DNA of 64,000 bases from a virus, in the IMG/VR virus record IMGVR_UViG_3300042882_000899, positions 50,961 to 114,960 of that record; one strand, given 5' to 3'. Positions 54,301 through 62,376 of this stretch are shown here, in pieces (within the stretch, counting starts at the first letter, position 1; each line of letters opens with the position of its first letter). A program made the translations under genes and the position numbers. The notes under the pieces are model-generated. The model ran no database searches, was not told where the DNA came from, and saw nothing but the letters and a program-made list of their open reading frames with translations.

Positions 54301-55080
54301 ATAAACTCAAGTTGCAATACTTTGTCTACTAGGGAAGTCAGTGGATTTGAAATAGAGTATAGAGGCTGTACCACCATCAATACGATTAACACCATCAATA
54401 CGATTAACACCATCAATACGATTAACACCATCAATACGATTAACACCATCAATACAGTTAATACCGTTAACACAGTTAATACCGTTAACACGGTTAATAC
54501 CGTTAACACAGTTAATACCGTTAACACAGTTAATACCGTTAACACAGTTAATACCGTTAACACAGTTAATACCGTTAACACAGTTAATACGGGAGGTGGA
54601 GGCTGCCACGTATTTGGAACAAGAATCCAGATGGCAGACGGATCATTTAAGAATATTGAAGATTTATATATTGGTGATGAGGTCATGGCAGCTGACATAC
54701 CAGGCTTGGGAGACAAAGAAACCGACATAAACAATTTATCATTATGGTCATCTGAAGATATTTCTGGAACATCTAAAACTACAGCTAATGTTACAAATGT
54801 TGTTATTAGATCTTATGGACAGCACTATGTGATAAATGATACAATTAAAATAACTTACGAGCATATTATTCCAGCAAAACAAAATAATTTATGGAAGTTT
54901 ATTAAAGTTGAAGATTTAAATGTTGGGGACGTAATTGTAGATGAAAACTTGAGTAATGTAATAGTTGTCTCAAAAATTTTAGTTGAAGAGACAGTTGAAA
55001 CAGTTTCAATTGATATTGAAAATAAAGACATATATTTTGTTGAGGGCTTAATGGCTCACAACAACAGTGAGAAAGCTTAA
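51382..55080 (+). CDS. Fibre-like protein with Fn3, 7 thrombospondin-type-1-like Cys repeats, (T-I/V-N)24 and C-terminal Hint domain
   Basis: N-terminal W..IKS.WR repeats; Fn3-like region; WSAYGSCxQGERxRxRTW repeats; GGGG-CHVFGTRIQMADG...IEDLYIGD...YFVEGLMAHN. Confidence 0.85.
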   Translation: MSWWRKSNLDDAGNLDGWIKIRSIWRKTNIGDAGSTDGWLKIKSAWRFQGLNDLGAGIWYKIFGSESPYPKENPKLIFVSTDSSTSETECTQQDKMYVTRGKWYEEPISFLIKIQKSIITNWDAPTTLISQELEYLEYKDSDYLDEVPKLVADRPTITLDDIKNKIGFRAQVAAGQDANPTADDYLLATSWYPSATGIFPRLNFGFTTYSTGDQIVEDETLSMPEFKIFGFKWQYLTSSAASYPNGQYFPSSRTDEFIGKQIIELTDFYGTRIGALQNVDVLPNHQYSGTISYTQAMIDSNEDYIINVYAFAKDYYYNASNSLESHLNDMNETQRIASYVFVPPREIEDPEITISNRTKSSVDINWYSPDAERYKVELIDSITADSLGGYPKLSTEDVSASPFGLTENRLYTVSVTALAGENDKYKSERVSKSFRTLKTGIAAELGVPYDITSTGYKVNIENWSTISSFDITVSATFGTASRSSDVISVTNVPANSNSCLTATTSKIDNVDLTAVSYDFAESSPVCIVIGGTWYCLNFVPGGGCSKSIEPYDKTLSGSGFSINCSQTDQCCPSVVLEPKVYTEWVIGLCTVAPADPQRPRTRTWTQIQKTTSQNCVVTNVELSGSETEYIDCCVPTSTLGAKTYGTPNDWGTCNLNTGQIGRTVPWTATRTNFTRDCTTTTTEESGLEVQYKDCCTASSSLGTKTYSDWSPYGSCIQGERASYRTWTAIQTNNTINCTTTTNEVNGTEYRYTSCCTAGCTLGTKTYGDWSAYGSCVQGERRRQRSWTAINTCIDSSCNIISQNELNSVEYEYTSCCVQSCTTGAKTYGAWTAYGSCIQGQRARSRSWTATESCFTTSCTNTTETISGTDFEYTSCCVPSSTTGTKTYSAWSAYGNCIQGERARYRTWTAIQTNIDSSCNSTTTEVNGTEYEYTSCCTAGCTTGTKDYSAWGSWGSCSQGEQARIRTWTAIETCINSSCNTLSTREVSGFEIEYRGCTTINTINTINTINTINTINTINTINTINTVNTVNTVNTVNTVNTVNTVNTVNTVNTVNTVNTVNTVNTVNTVNTGGGGCHVFGTRIQMADGSFKNIEDLYIGDEVMAADIPGLGDKETDINNLSLWSSEDISGTSKTTANVTNVVIRSYGQHYVINDTIKITYEHIIPAKQNNLWKFIKVEDLNVGDVIVDENLSNVIVVSKILVEETVETVSIDIENKDIYFVEGLMAHNNSEKA
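53089..54369 (+). repeat. Seven 60-62-aa Cys-rich (TSP1-like) repeats
   Basis: Units begin at CC dipeptides at 53089, 53275, 53461, 53641, 53824, 54004, 54184. Confidence 0.85.
54373..54588 (+). repeat. 9-nt tandem repeats encoding (TIN)9(TVN)15
   Basis: 18-nt units ACCATCAATACGATTAAC, then ACAGTTAATACCGTTAAC. Confidence 0.95.
54604..55062 (+). other. Hint (intein-like, BIL-type) autoprocessing domain, 153 aa
   Basis: Cys1 in block A (CHVFGT), block B TYEH, terminal His-Asn; no endonuclease; only NSEKA follows. Confidence 0.85.
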
Positions 55081-55091
55081 GGAGAATTTAA

Positions 55092-55673
55092 TTGAAAGTA
55101 GAAGACCTAGGAAATAAAATATTTATGTATAAAGATGTTGTCGGTAGCAGCTTAGACGTCCTTTCCGAGCTTAATAAAATATTTTCTGAATACAATCAAG
55201 ATTATAAGGAATCAACAATGAATAATAAAGATTATGACGATTCACTGCGTTCGTGCACTGTTTTTTCATTGTATGTAGGTTTACAGGATGGTCCTGAATA
55301 CTCTAATGCAAAGAGGGTACTTAATAAAAAAATAGATATAGCGCTATCTAAATGCATACTTCATTTTGTAAAATCAACTGATATTAAAATAAAAGAAAGA
55401 GAGCCGTGGGAAATATTGAGGTACGAGAAAACCCAGAAAGTAACATGGCACTGTGACGACGGAGAAGTTCACCCATCTAAAGTATCTTTTGTTTATTACA
55501 TCAACGACGACTATGAAGGCGGAGAAATTCAATTTAAAGACAAGGCTTATAGTATACCCATAAAGCCAAAAAAAGACAGCTTGATAGTATTCCCATCAAG
55601 CTTAGAATATATTCATAGAGTTTTACCAGTATCAAACGGAGTGAAATATTCAATAATATCATTTGGAAAATAG
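55092..55673 (+). CDS. Prolyl 4-hydroxylase-like 2OG-Fe(II) oxygenase
   Basis: LRYEKTQKVTWHCD, YINDDYEGGEIQF, HRVLPVSNGVKYS. Confidence 0.9.
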   Translation: MKVEDLGNKIFMYKDVVGSSLDVLSELNKIFSEYNQDYKESTMNNKDYDDSLRSCTVFSLYVGLQDGPEYSNAKRVLNKKIDIALSKCILHFVKSTDIKIKEREPWEILRYEKTQKVTWHCDDGEVHPSKVSFVYYINDDYEGGEIQFKDKAYSIPIKPKKDSLIVFPSSLEYIHRVLPVSNGVKYSIISFGK

Positions 55674-55732
55674 ACTTTATGATAGACAGAATTTATAATA
55701 AATGATATGATTTCATACATTAAGGAGATACT

Positions 55733-55969
55733 ATGAATAAGTCTGAAATGGGTGGAAGCACCTATATGGTTTTGGTAAATGGAGAATACGCTGGTTGGTT
55801 TAATATTGCTGGTCCAGGAACTGATCTTCTTAGGGCTGGTCTTTCTAGCAATCCCACTTTAGTTGATATGGCAGATGTAGATATAGATTTGCCAAACCTT
55901 CCAAAAGCGGGCGCAGACTATTACTGGGATGGCGAATCTTTTGAATTGAGGTCTTCTGATGGCCAGTAA
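55733..55969 (+). CDS. Small WDGxxF-domain protein (similar to the halves of the 18845 protein)
   Basis: LVNGE...LSSNPTLVD...YYWDGESF. Confidence 0.65.
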   Translation: MNKSEMGGSTYMVLVNGEYAGWFNIAGPGTDLLRAGLSSNPTLVDMADVDIDLPNLPKAGADYYWDGESFELRSSDGQ

Positions 55970-56195
55970 GTGGGATCAGGTTAAAAAGCTGGTAAATTCA
56001 AATGAAGTAAAGCCATGGGATTTTTTAAACCCAAATACGGAATACTCTTCAGAAGAAGAGTCTAATTCTAGATACTCGTTGTGTAAGGCATGCCCTAAAT
56101 TTAATGACGGGGTTAAAACCTGTCAAGAATGCGGTTGCTTTATGCCAGCAAAAACAAAGCTTAAGGGCGCAACTTGCCCTATAGGCAAATGGTAA
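55959..56195 (+). CDS. Small Cys-rich protein (DUF6171-like)
   Basis: R..LCKACP...CQECGCFMPAKTKL..ATCPIGKW. Confidence 0.7.
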   Translation: MASKWDQVKKLVNSNEVKPWDFLNPNTEYSSEEESNSRYSLCKACPKFNDGVKTCQECGCFMPAKTKLKGATCPIGKW

Positions 56196-56229
56196 TGGTA
56201 TAATAATATAATAAACATGGAGGCACAAA

Positions 56230-56451
56230 ATGGCAGAATACGAATTAACTAATGAAGAAAAAAGCTCAATTATTGAATCTCACCTAAGAACATTGGGTTA
56301 TTCAAAGTACAACCTTGAGATAAATCTTATGGAAGAAGAGTCAGCAACGGCTCCAGCAGCAGATGCGATTGCATCTGTTAATGCACAGATTACTTCAGTA
56401 AATAAAAAAATAGCAGCTCTTGTCGAAGAGCTCGCTTCTCTATCAGAATAA
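56230..56451 (+). CDS. Small coiled-coil protein
   Basis: ORF track; TGGTATAAT promoter and GGAGG SD. Confidence 0.7.
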   Translation: MAEYELTNEEKSSIIESHLRTLGYSKYNLEINLMEEESATAPAADAIASVNAQITSVNKKIAALVEELASLSE

Positions 56452-56462
56452 GTTAGGTTAAT

Positions 56463-56651
56463 ATGTCTTCTAGGGAAGAATTGATTATAACTGCGTTGCA
56501 GGAAAGAATTGGACAAATGGCGGCAAATCATGAGCTGCAGGTTGCAGTTCTTAGGGCTGAGCTCACAACTTTTGCAAATGAAAAAGAAGAAAAAGAAAAA
56601 GCTATTGCCGAATACTCTAATTCTATAGAGTCAAAAGTGGGGGAAATTTAA
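56463..56651 (+). CDS. Small coiled-coil protein
   Basis: ORF track. Confidence 0.65.
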   Translation: MSSREELIITALQERIGQMAANHELQVAVLRAELTTFANEKEEKEKAIAEYSNSIESKVGEI

Positions 56652-57074
56652 TTGACTGTTGTATTCCAAGACGGTGAGCCAGTAGACCCAAAGAAGCTAC
56701 AGGATCTACAAACTCAAATCGATGCTATTCAGCTAAAGACAGACGAGTCATATAACTTAAGCACAAGCACAGCCAACAGCGTAACACAGCTTGCAGTTAT
56801 GCATTTAAAAGCTGGGGTTGTAACATTTGAAAATGGTCTTACTGGTGGTAAAGTAAACTCAATAGAAATTGATTTAGGTTGGGGAGCAGACTATGAAGTG
56901 GCATATGTTGTTGCAACACCAAGGCTCCAAGATCCAAAAACAAATAATATTAGATGGTCACTTTCTGGAAATATGGCTGCAACTAAGCTTAATGTTTACG
57001 CTGAAAAAACTATTAACGGAGCAATTAACTTTCATTGGATGAGTGCTGGTAAAAAGGTTGTTTCTGGTTCATAA
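56652..57074 (+). CDS. Hypothetical virion protein (possible fibre C-terminal-type beta domain)
   Basis: FQDGEPVDPKKL N-terminus; VVATP...FHWMSAG C-terminus. Confidence 0.6.
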   Translation: MTVVFQDGEPVDPKKLQDLQTQIDAIQLKTDESYNLSTSTANSVTQLAVMHLKAGVVTFENGLTGGKVNSIEIDLGWGADYEVAYVVATPRLQDPKTNNIRWSLSGNMAATKLNVYAEKTINGAINFHWMSAGKKVVSGS

Positions 57075-57081
57075 CAAGGTG

Positions 57082-57109
57082 TTGACAACCTAAAGTAATA
57101 TGTTACAAT
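57082..57109 (+). promoter_or_regulatory. Promoter for the replication operon
   Basis: TTGACA-N16-TACAAT with TG extension. Confidence 0.65.
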
Positions 57110-57121
57110 TACTATAACATT

Positions 57122-57143
57122 AAGCCACGATATCGTGGCTTTT
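57122..57143 (+). terminator. Perfect 20-bp palindrome, terminator or operator
   Basis: AAGCCACGATATCGTGGCTT followed by TT. Confidence 0.55.
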
Positions 57144-57162
57144 ATATATATTAAGGGTTTTA

Positions 57163-57963
57163 ATGAGCAACGATTTAAAATGGATGATTTCATCTGATCA
57201 GCAGTTTCCATATCAGGACGATAAAATGATTGCACTTTGGTTTAAGGTAATGAAATGGTTTAAGCCAGATGTCGTTGACTACCTTGGTGATACAGATGAT
57301 CAGGCATGCTATAGCAAATACACTGAAGGAAAATCAGCAGAGTTTCTAAACTACCATAAGAATGATAGTAAAGATCTTATTGTCCCAATGATGCGCCATG
57401 AAGCAAAAGGCGCAAGAGATTTTTATGCAAAGACTAGGGAAATGCTTCCAGATGCACAGCTATTCTCAGCGCTTGGAAACCACGATGTTAGAATTTTTAA
57501 TTATGTGGATGCAAAGCTTCCAGAATATATTTCAGAAGTTACCCCAGAAGCTCTGTGGGGATTAGACTCGTTAGGATATGAGTATATTCATTACAATGAA
57601 TTGCCAAAGCGACGCTTTGGGGATATTCACGTTCACCATGGTCTTTCAATTGCATCAACTGGATCTGTTCGTAAAGATATGGAAGACCTTCAGGTTTCAT
57701 TGATAAGAGGCCACTCTCATAGAATTGCTTCACACTTAGTCACATATGAGCTTAGAAATAATGGCGAAGGAGAAACACTTCGTGGATATGAGCTTGGGCA
57801 CATGTGTGATGAAAAGGGTCCAGGAATGAAATATATGCAGCACCATGATTGGCAAAAAGGATTTGCTATTGCACATATTGTAAATGATTATCCACATATT
57901 CAAATGATCCATGTGGCACCAGATTACTCATGTGTTGTTGATGGGAAGCTATTTACGCTATGA
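57163..57963 (+). CDS. Calcineurin-like metallophosphoesterase
   Basis: SDQQFP, LGDTDD, GNHD, HHG, GHSHR motifs. Confidence 0.85.
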   Translation: MSNDLKWMISSDQQFPYQDDKMIALWFKVMKWFKPDVVDYLGDTDDQACYSKYTEGKSAEFLNYHKNDSKDLIVPMMRHEAKGARDFYAKTREMLPDAQLFSALGNHDVRIFNYVDAKLPEYISEVTPEALWGLDSLGYEYIHYNELPKRRFGDIHVHHGLSIASTGSVRKDMEDLQVSLIRGHSHRIASHLVTYELRNNGEGETLRGYELGHMCDEKGPGMKYMQHHDWQKGFAIAHIVNDYPHIQMIHVAPDYSCVVDGKLFTL

Positions 57964-58148
57964 TGAAATGTAATAAATGCCAGGGTAGAGTTTTTGTAGA
58001 TAGAGTATTTTCTCAAAAATTACACGTAGAGCTTTTCTGCATGATGTGCGGTAAAAGATGGATGATCAATAAGGATACGAGTGCATTAGGTAAATGGATA
58101 GAAAAAAGAGAAAACAGTCAGCTAAAAGCATTCGGTATTTCTTCTTAA
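57960..58148 (+). CDS. Zinc-ribbon protein
   Basis: CNKCQG...FCMMCG. Confidence 0.75.
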   Translation: MMKCNKCQGRVFVDRVFSQKLHVELFCMMCGKRWMINKDTSALGKWIEKRENSQLKAFGISS

Positions 58149-58576
58149 ATAACAAGATACATAAAGTATTAAGTCATTCAAGATCTAAAGACCAAATAGT
58201 TGCTTGGTGTTACCCAGATAAAAAAAGGTTGCTTTATTCTTATTCTCAAGTTTTAAAAACTATGGAAAATGCATATTCAACTAAGCAGGTAGCACAGATG
58301 CTTGGAAAGCATAAGGTTACAATAGAAGATTATATTTTGGACGGGAAGATAAGGTATCCTCAAAAGGTATATCCTATAGGTAATCCAGATAGCACATGGT
58401 ACAAATTTATGTATAGTGAATCAGACATAATGGAAATTCATGAATTTATATTAGAATCAGGATACTCCAACAATATGCCTTCAAGAAATGAGATGAAAGC
58501 TCTTCTCAAACATAACACTATATTGTATACTAAGACCACTGAAGGAAAATTTGTACCAGTATGGAGAGCAGAGTAA
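58094..58576 (+). CDS. Helix-turn-helix (MerR/excisionase-like) DNA-binding protein
   Basis: YSTKQVAQMLGKHKVTIEDYILDGKI...YSESDI. Confidence 0.7.
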   Translation: MDRKKRKQSAKSIRYFFLNNKIHKVLSHSRSKDQIVAWCYPDKKRLLYSYSQVLKTMENAYSTKQVAQMLGKHKVTIEDYILDGKIRYPQKVYPIGNPDSTWYKFMYSESDIMEIHEFILESGYSNNMPSRNEMKALLKHNTILYTKTTEGKFVPVWRAE

Positions 58577-58683
58577 TGTCTAGCAGAGTAGTGGTTTGTG
58601 ATATATGCAAAAAAGAAATAGAATTACGTTGGGGTATTTTTGCCCATGACAGTTTAAGTAGACATAGAAAGGCTGAGCACTAA
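58576..58683 (+). CDS. Micro C2H2-like zinc finger, 35 aa
   Basis: Manual translation MSSRVVVCDICKKEIELRWGIFAHDSLSRHRKAEH; TAATG overlaps at both ends. Confidence 0.65.
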   Translation: MSSRVVVCDICKKEIELRWGIFAHDSLSRHRKAEH

Positions 58684-58892
58684 TGGAAAAAGGAACTCAA
58701 GTTAGAGTAGACTTGTCTTTTACACGCAACCTTGGAAATTTTGAAAGCATTAAGATTGGCATCGGTGTCGACGACTTTGTTCGAGAGGGTGAAACAGTTG
58801 ATGCCGCAGCAGATCGAGTATACAAGTTTGTTGAAGATAAGCTTATTCAAAAGACTCAAGAGGTAGAAGAGGAATTGCGTGGCAGTAAATAA
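58683..58892 (+). CDS. Hypothetical protein
   Basis: ORF track; TRNLGNFESIKI motif; coupled. Confidence 0.75.
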   Translation: MEKGTQVRVDLSFTRNLGNFESIKIGIGVDDFVREGETVDAAADRVYKFVEDKLIQKTQEVEEELRGSK

Positions 58893-59196
58893 AGAGCCTT
58901 ATATCCTACTTTCCCTATATTCAAATTTATATGAGGGCATGTATAACACCAAGCCAACAATAAATCGATATAAGGAAAAGTGGGCTATGCAAGATGTTAT
59001 AGACAGCATAGGTTTTGATAGATCTAAGGATGTTTTATATTACTACTTTAAGACTGGGAAAAATAGGCACCCATTAAATTTCTTTTATAACAACTTTGAA
59101 AGAATAGAAGATATGATGATGCAGATTAAAGAAGATAAAGCTAACAGAAGCCGTCTGTTGCAGGAAACAAAAAAGATGATTGAGGGTAACGAATGA
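58879..59196 (+). CDS. Hypothetical protein upstream of the helicase
   Basis: ORF track; GTG start; coupled to the helicase. Confidence 0.7.
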   Translation: MAVNKEPYILLSLYSNLYEGMYNTKPTINRYKEKWAMQDVIDSIGFDRSKDVLYYYFKTGKNRHPLNFFYNNFERIEDMMMQIKEDKANRSRLLQETKKMIEGNE

Positions 59197-60443
59197 ATAC
59201 AGAAGCCGAGCTAATCTCAGCGGTATGCAAGAATAAAGACATAAGCACCATACTTGCAGATAACTCAGACGATTTGTTTGTGTCCCATAAAGATATTTGG
59301 GAAGGCCTTAAGTCTTACTACTATAAGTTTAGAGCGGTTCCAGAAGCTGGAATCCTGCAAGACAAATTTAAAGACTTCGAGCCAGTTGAAACTAAAGGAG
59401 AGACTGGGTACTATCTAGATAAGCTTAAAAATGAATTTGTTGGCAATAAGCTAAAAACAATTCTTCTGCAAGCTGGCTCATCATTAAAAGAAGATGCTCC
59501 GTCCAGAGTTCTTGGGACTATGCAATCTCAGCTTGCAACATTAAGTAGATACACAAACAATGTTAAAGATTTGGATATTACCGATTTAGATTCAGCAGAA
59601 AGACATTATGAGTCAGTAAGAACCAGATCTTTGGCTATGGGCGGTAGCCCAGGAATCCTAACTGGATTTGAGGCTATAGATAAAGCCTACCCAACAGGAA
59701 TGGCCCCAGGACATCTTATCGTCGCTATTGGCTGGCCAGGCCGTGGTAAGACATGGTTCACGTCCTACCTTGCATGCAAAGCATGGGAGCAGGGGTTCAA
59801 GCCAATGATTGTTTCTCTCGAAATGGCTCCAGAAAACATGAGAGATAGAATCTATACAATGCTTGGCTCTGGCTTGTTTAGAGCAAGCGATTTGTCTAAG
59901 GGTGACATTAATATTGATGATTTTAAAACATGGGGAAAGAAAAAAACAGAAGGTAAGAATAGCTTTATTCTAGTTTCCAATGAGGGTGCAGGAGAGGTTA
60001 CGCCTGCAACTATTCAAGGAAAGATTGACCAGCATAAGCCAGACTTAGTTATTCTTGATTATCATCAGCTGTTTAATGATAATAAGCGAAGTAATTCTGA
60101 AGTAGAAAGAAATAGAAATATTTCAAGAGACTTTAAGTTGCTAGCGGTAACTAATGGAATTCCGATTATTGATATCACTGCTGCTACAGCAGATGATATT
60201 TCTGATCAAAAAGAACCTCCAATGATGAGCCAAGTTGCTTGGTCCAAGGCTATTGAGTATGATGCTGACATGGCTATTGCTATTCATAAACATGCCAATA
60301 CTGATTTAATTGAGGTGGTGTCTAGAAAGAATAGACATGGACACGACTTCAGATTCTTCCTTGATTGGGATATCAATAGAGGAGTTATTACACCAATATA
60401 TGAAGATCTTCCAGAGTTGAGCAATGACTCATCGAAAAATTAA
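59193..60443 (+). CDS. dnaB: DnaB-like replicative helicase
   Basis: Walker A GWPGRGKT, SLEM, VILDY, IEYDAD, KNRHG. Confidence 0.93.
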   Translation: MNTEAELISAVCKNKDISTILADNSDDLFVSHKDIWEGLKSYYYKFRAVPEAGILQDKFKDFEPVETKGETGYYLDKLKNEFVGNKLKTILLQAGSSLKEDAPSRVLGTMQSQLATLSRYTNNVKDLDITDLDSAERHYESVRTRSLAMGGSPGILTGFEAIDKAYPTGMAPGHLIVAIGWPGRGKTWFTSYLACKAWEQGFKPMIVSLEMAPENMRDRIYTMLGSGLFRASDLSKGDINIDDFKTWGKKKTEGKNSFILVSNEGAGEVTPATIQGKIDQHKPDLVILDYHQLFNDNKRSNSEVERNRNISRDFKLLAVTNGIPIIDITAATADDISDQKEPPMMSQVAWSKAIEYDADMAIAIHKHANTDLIEVVSRKNRHGHDFRFFLDWDINRGVITPIYEDLPELSNDSSKN

Positions 60444-60723
60444 AAGATTTCAAATTGAAGTACAGTTTCATGACGATTCTCAAATAATAAGCTTAAGACC
60501 ACAGTACGAAAATCTTTTAACACAAGACATGAGGGGTAAAGGGTACGTAAGGGTTCTTGACATAGACCCAGCCTTTTCGGTAGAATTTACTGGAGAAACC
60601 TGGAGGTTCTTAATGAGCATTCATGGAATTTATGTAGGAAAGAAGAAGGCATGGCAATTCGAGGGTATAACTCAAGGCAAGCTAATAGCTCGGAGTACAC
60701 CCCTGCTCATATTAAATCCATAG
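60424..60723 (+). CDS. Hypothetical protein
   Basis: ORF track between helicase and primase. Confidence 0.7.
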   Translation: MTHRKIKRFQIEVQFHDDSQIISLRPQYENLLTQDMRGKGYVRVLDIDPAFSVEFTGETWRFLMSIHGIYVGKKKAWQFEGITQGKLIARSTPLLILNP

Positions 60724-61640
60724 TACAAAGTCTTGGAATAGATATGGTGGGTGAAACATCAAATGATTACCTAGCGTACTGCCCATTTCATTCGAATAGA
60801 CATACTTCAAGTTTTAGTATTAGTAAAACAAAAGGTGCCTACATATGCTTTAACCCTTCATGCGGTGAAGCTGGAACCCTTAGCGATTTAGTTAAGAGGA
60901 TTCTAAATAAAAATGAATTCCAATCTTTAAGGTATATCGAGTCTAAGCAGTCTGAAGCTTTAGAAAATTTTGATGAGTCTTTAAAAGACATGCTAGAAGA
61001 CAAGCCAGACTTCGTTGAGTTTTCAAAAGACACATTGGTAAGCCTGCATAATGGTTTACTTAATAATGATAAAGCTAAGCAGTATTTAGAATCTCGTGGA
61101 ATTAATTCAGAATCAATTGAATATTTTTCATTAGGATATTCAGACAATATGGACATGATAACTGTTCCAGTTCATAGTCCAGATGGAACTCCAGTTGGTG
61201 TTGTTGGCAGATCTATATCTGATAAAAGATTTAAAAATAGTAAAGACCTTCCAAGAAGCAAAACAATGTTTAATATACATCGTGCAAAGAAAATTGGGGA
61301 CAGAGTTATTGTCGTAGAGTCCAGCTTTGATGCAATTCGTGTTCACCAAGCAGGATTTCCAAACGTTGTTGCTACTTTAGGTGGCCACATATCTGGGGAT
61401 AACTTGGGTCTACTAAATAGGTATTTTAATACGGTGCTTATTATGACAGATGCAGATAAGGCTGGAAGAGATTTAGGCTCATCAATTGCTTATAAATTAA
61501 GTAATAAAAACATCTTGTGGGCATCGCATTCTTATGGTAGAATATATCCAGAGGGTGTAAAAGATGCAGGTGATATGTCTGATGAAGATATTAAAGCCTG
61601 TATAACAAATGCCATATCTAATTTTGAATATCGAACTTAA
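60651..61640 (+). CDS. dnaG: DNA primase (CHC2 zinc finger + TOPRIM)
   Basis: CPFH...CFNPSC, YLESRGI, VVESSFDA, TDADKAG, KDAGDM. Confidence 0.92.
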   Translation: MAIRGYNSRQANSSEYTPAHIKSIVQSLGIDMVGETSNDYLAYCPFHSNRHTSSFSISKTKGAYICFNPSCGEAGTLSDLVKRILNKNEFQSLRYIESKQSEALENFDESLKDMLEDKPDFVEFSKDTLVSLHNGLLNNDKAKQYLESRGINSESIEYFSLGYSDNMDMITVPVHSPDGTPVGVVGRSISDKRFKNSKDLPRSKTMFNIHRAKKIGDRVIVVESSFDAIRVHQAGFPNVVATLGGHISGDNLGLLNRYFNTVLIMTDADKAGRDLGSSIAYKLSNKNILWASHSYGRIYPEGVKDAGDMSDEDIKACITNAISNFEYRT

Positions 61641-61692
61641 AAAATACGTGGTTACAAACGGATATATACCGTTACATACATAAGGAGAAAAA

Positions 61693-62367
61693 ATGGGAAT
61701 AGTAAAAGGTTTGTCAGGAATGACAAAGGCAATGGACAAGGTTACATACACAAGTTCAGAAGATAGCAAGGCAAAGTGGTTAAAGATTGAAGATGGGGAA
61801 GCAGTAAAGATTCGCTTCCTGCAGGAACTTGATCCAGATTCACCACACTATAATGAAAAAATGGGTTGCGGATTTTTTGCAATTGAACACACGAACCCTA
61901 AAGATTATCGCCGTAAGGCACTAGACACAATGGAAGATGAAGGCCGTGACTGGGCTCAAGAGCAGCATCGCAAGGATCCAAAGGCTGGTTGGGGTGCAAG
62001 AAAACGCCTATACATTAATGTTCTAGTTGATGACGGAAAGACTGAGCCATATGTAGCAATTCTTTCTCAAGGCGTAAGCGGTAAAACAATTACACCAACA
62101 CTAATTGAATATGCAAACGAAATGGGAAGCATCACAAACCTAATGTGGCGTGTAAAGCGTAGTGGTCTTAAGACAGACACAAGCTACACAATTATCCCAC
62201 TTGCTAAAGATGAGAAGCCATTTGATTTCTCTGCTGTAGAGCTATTTGATCTAGAGAAGACAGCCGTCAGAAGCGTACCATACGCAGAGCAAGAAGCTTT
62301 CTATACTGGAGAATCAGCTCCAGAAGAAAGAGAATCTTCTTCAACAAGCAGCAGCGTAGACTGGTAG
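61693..62367 (+). CDS. Single-stranded DNA-binding protein
   Basis: GEAVKIRFL, KRSG...DTSY; acidic Ser-rich tail ending VDW; position in the replication block. Confidence 0.7.
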   Translation: MGIVKGLSGMTKAMDKVTYTSSEDSKAKWLKIEDGEAVKIRFLQELDPDSPHYNEKMGCGFFAIEHTNPKDYRRKALDTMEDEGRDWAQEQHRKDPKAGWGARKRLYINVLVDDGKTEPYVAILSQGVSGKTITPTLIEYANEMGSITNLMWRVKRSGLKTDTSYTIIPLAKDEKPFDFSAVELFDLEKTAVRSVPYAEQEAFYTGESAPEERESSSTSSSVDW

Positions 62368-62376
62368 TATTAAATA

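Noticed and set aside
54252-54734. Antisense ORFs with (VLT)n or (NCVNGI)n repeats
   Set aside because: Reverse-complement shadows of the TIN/TVN tract inside a well-supported gene
54604-55062. Canonical mobile splicing intein
   Set aside because: No homing endonuclease, +1 residue is Asn and only 5 aa of C-extein follow; fits a BIL-type Hint instead
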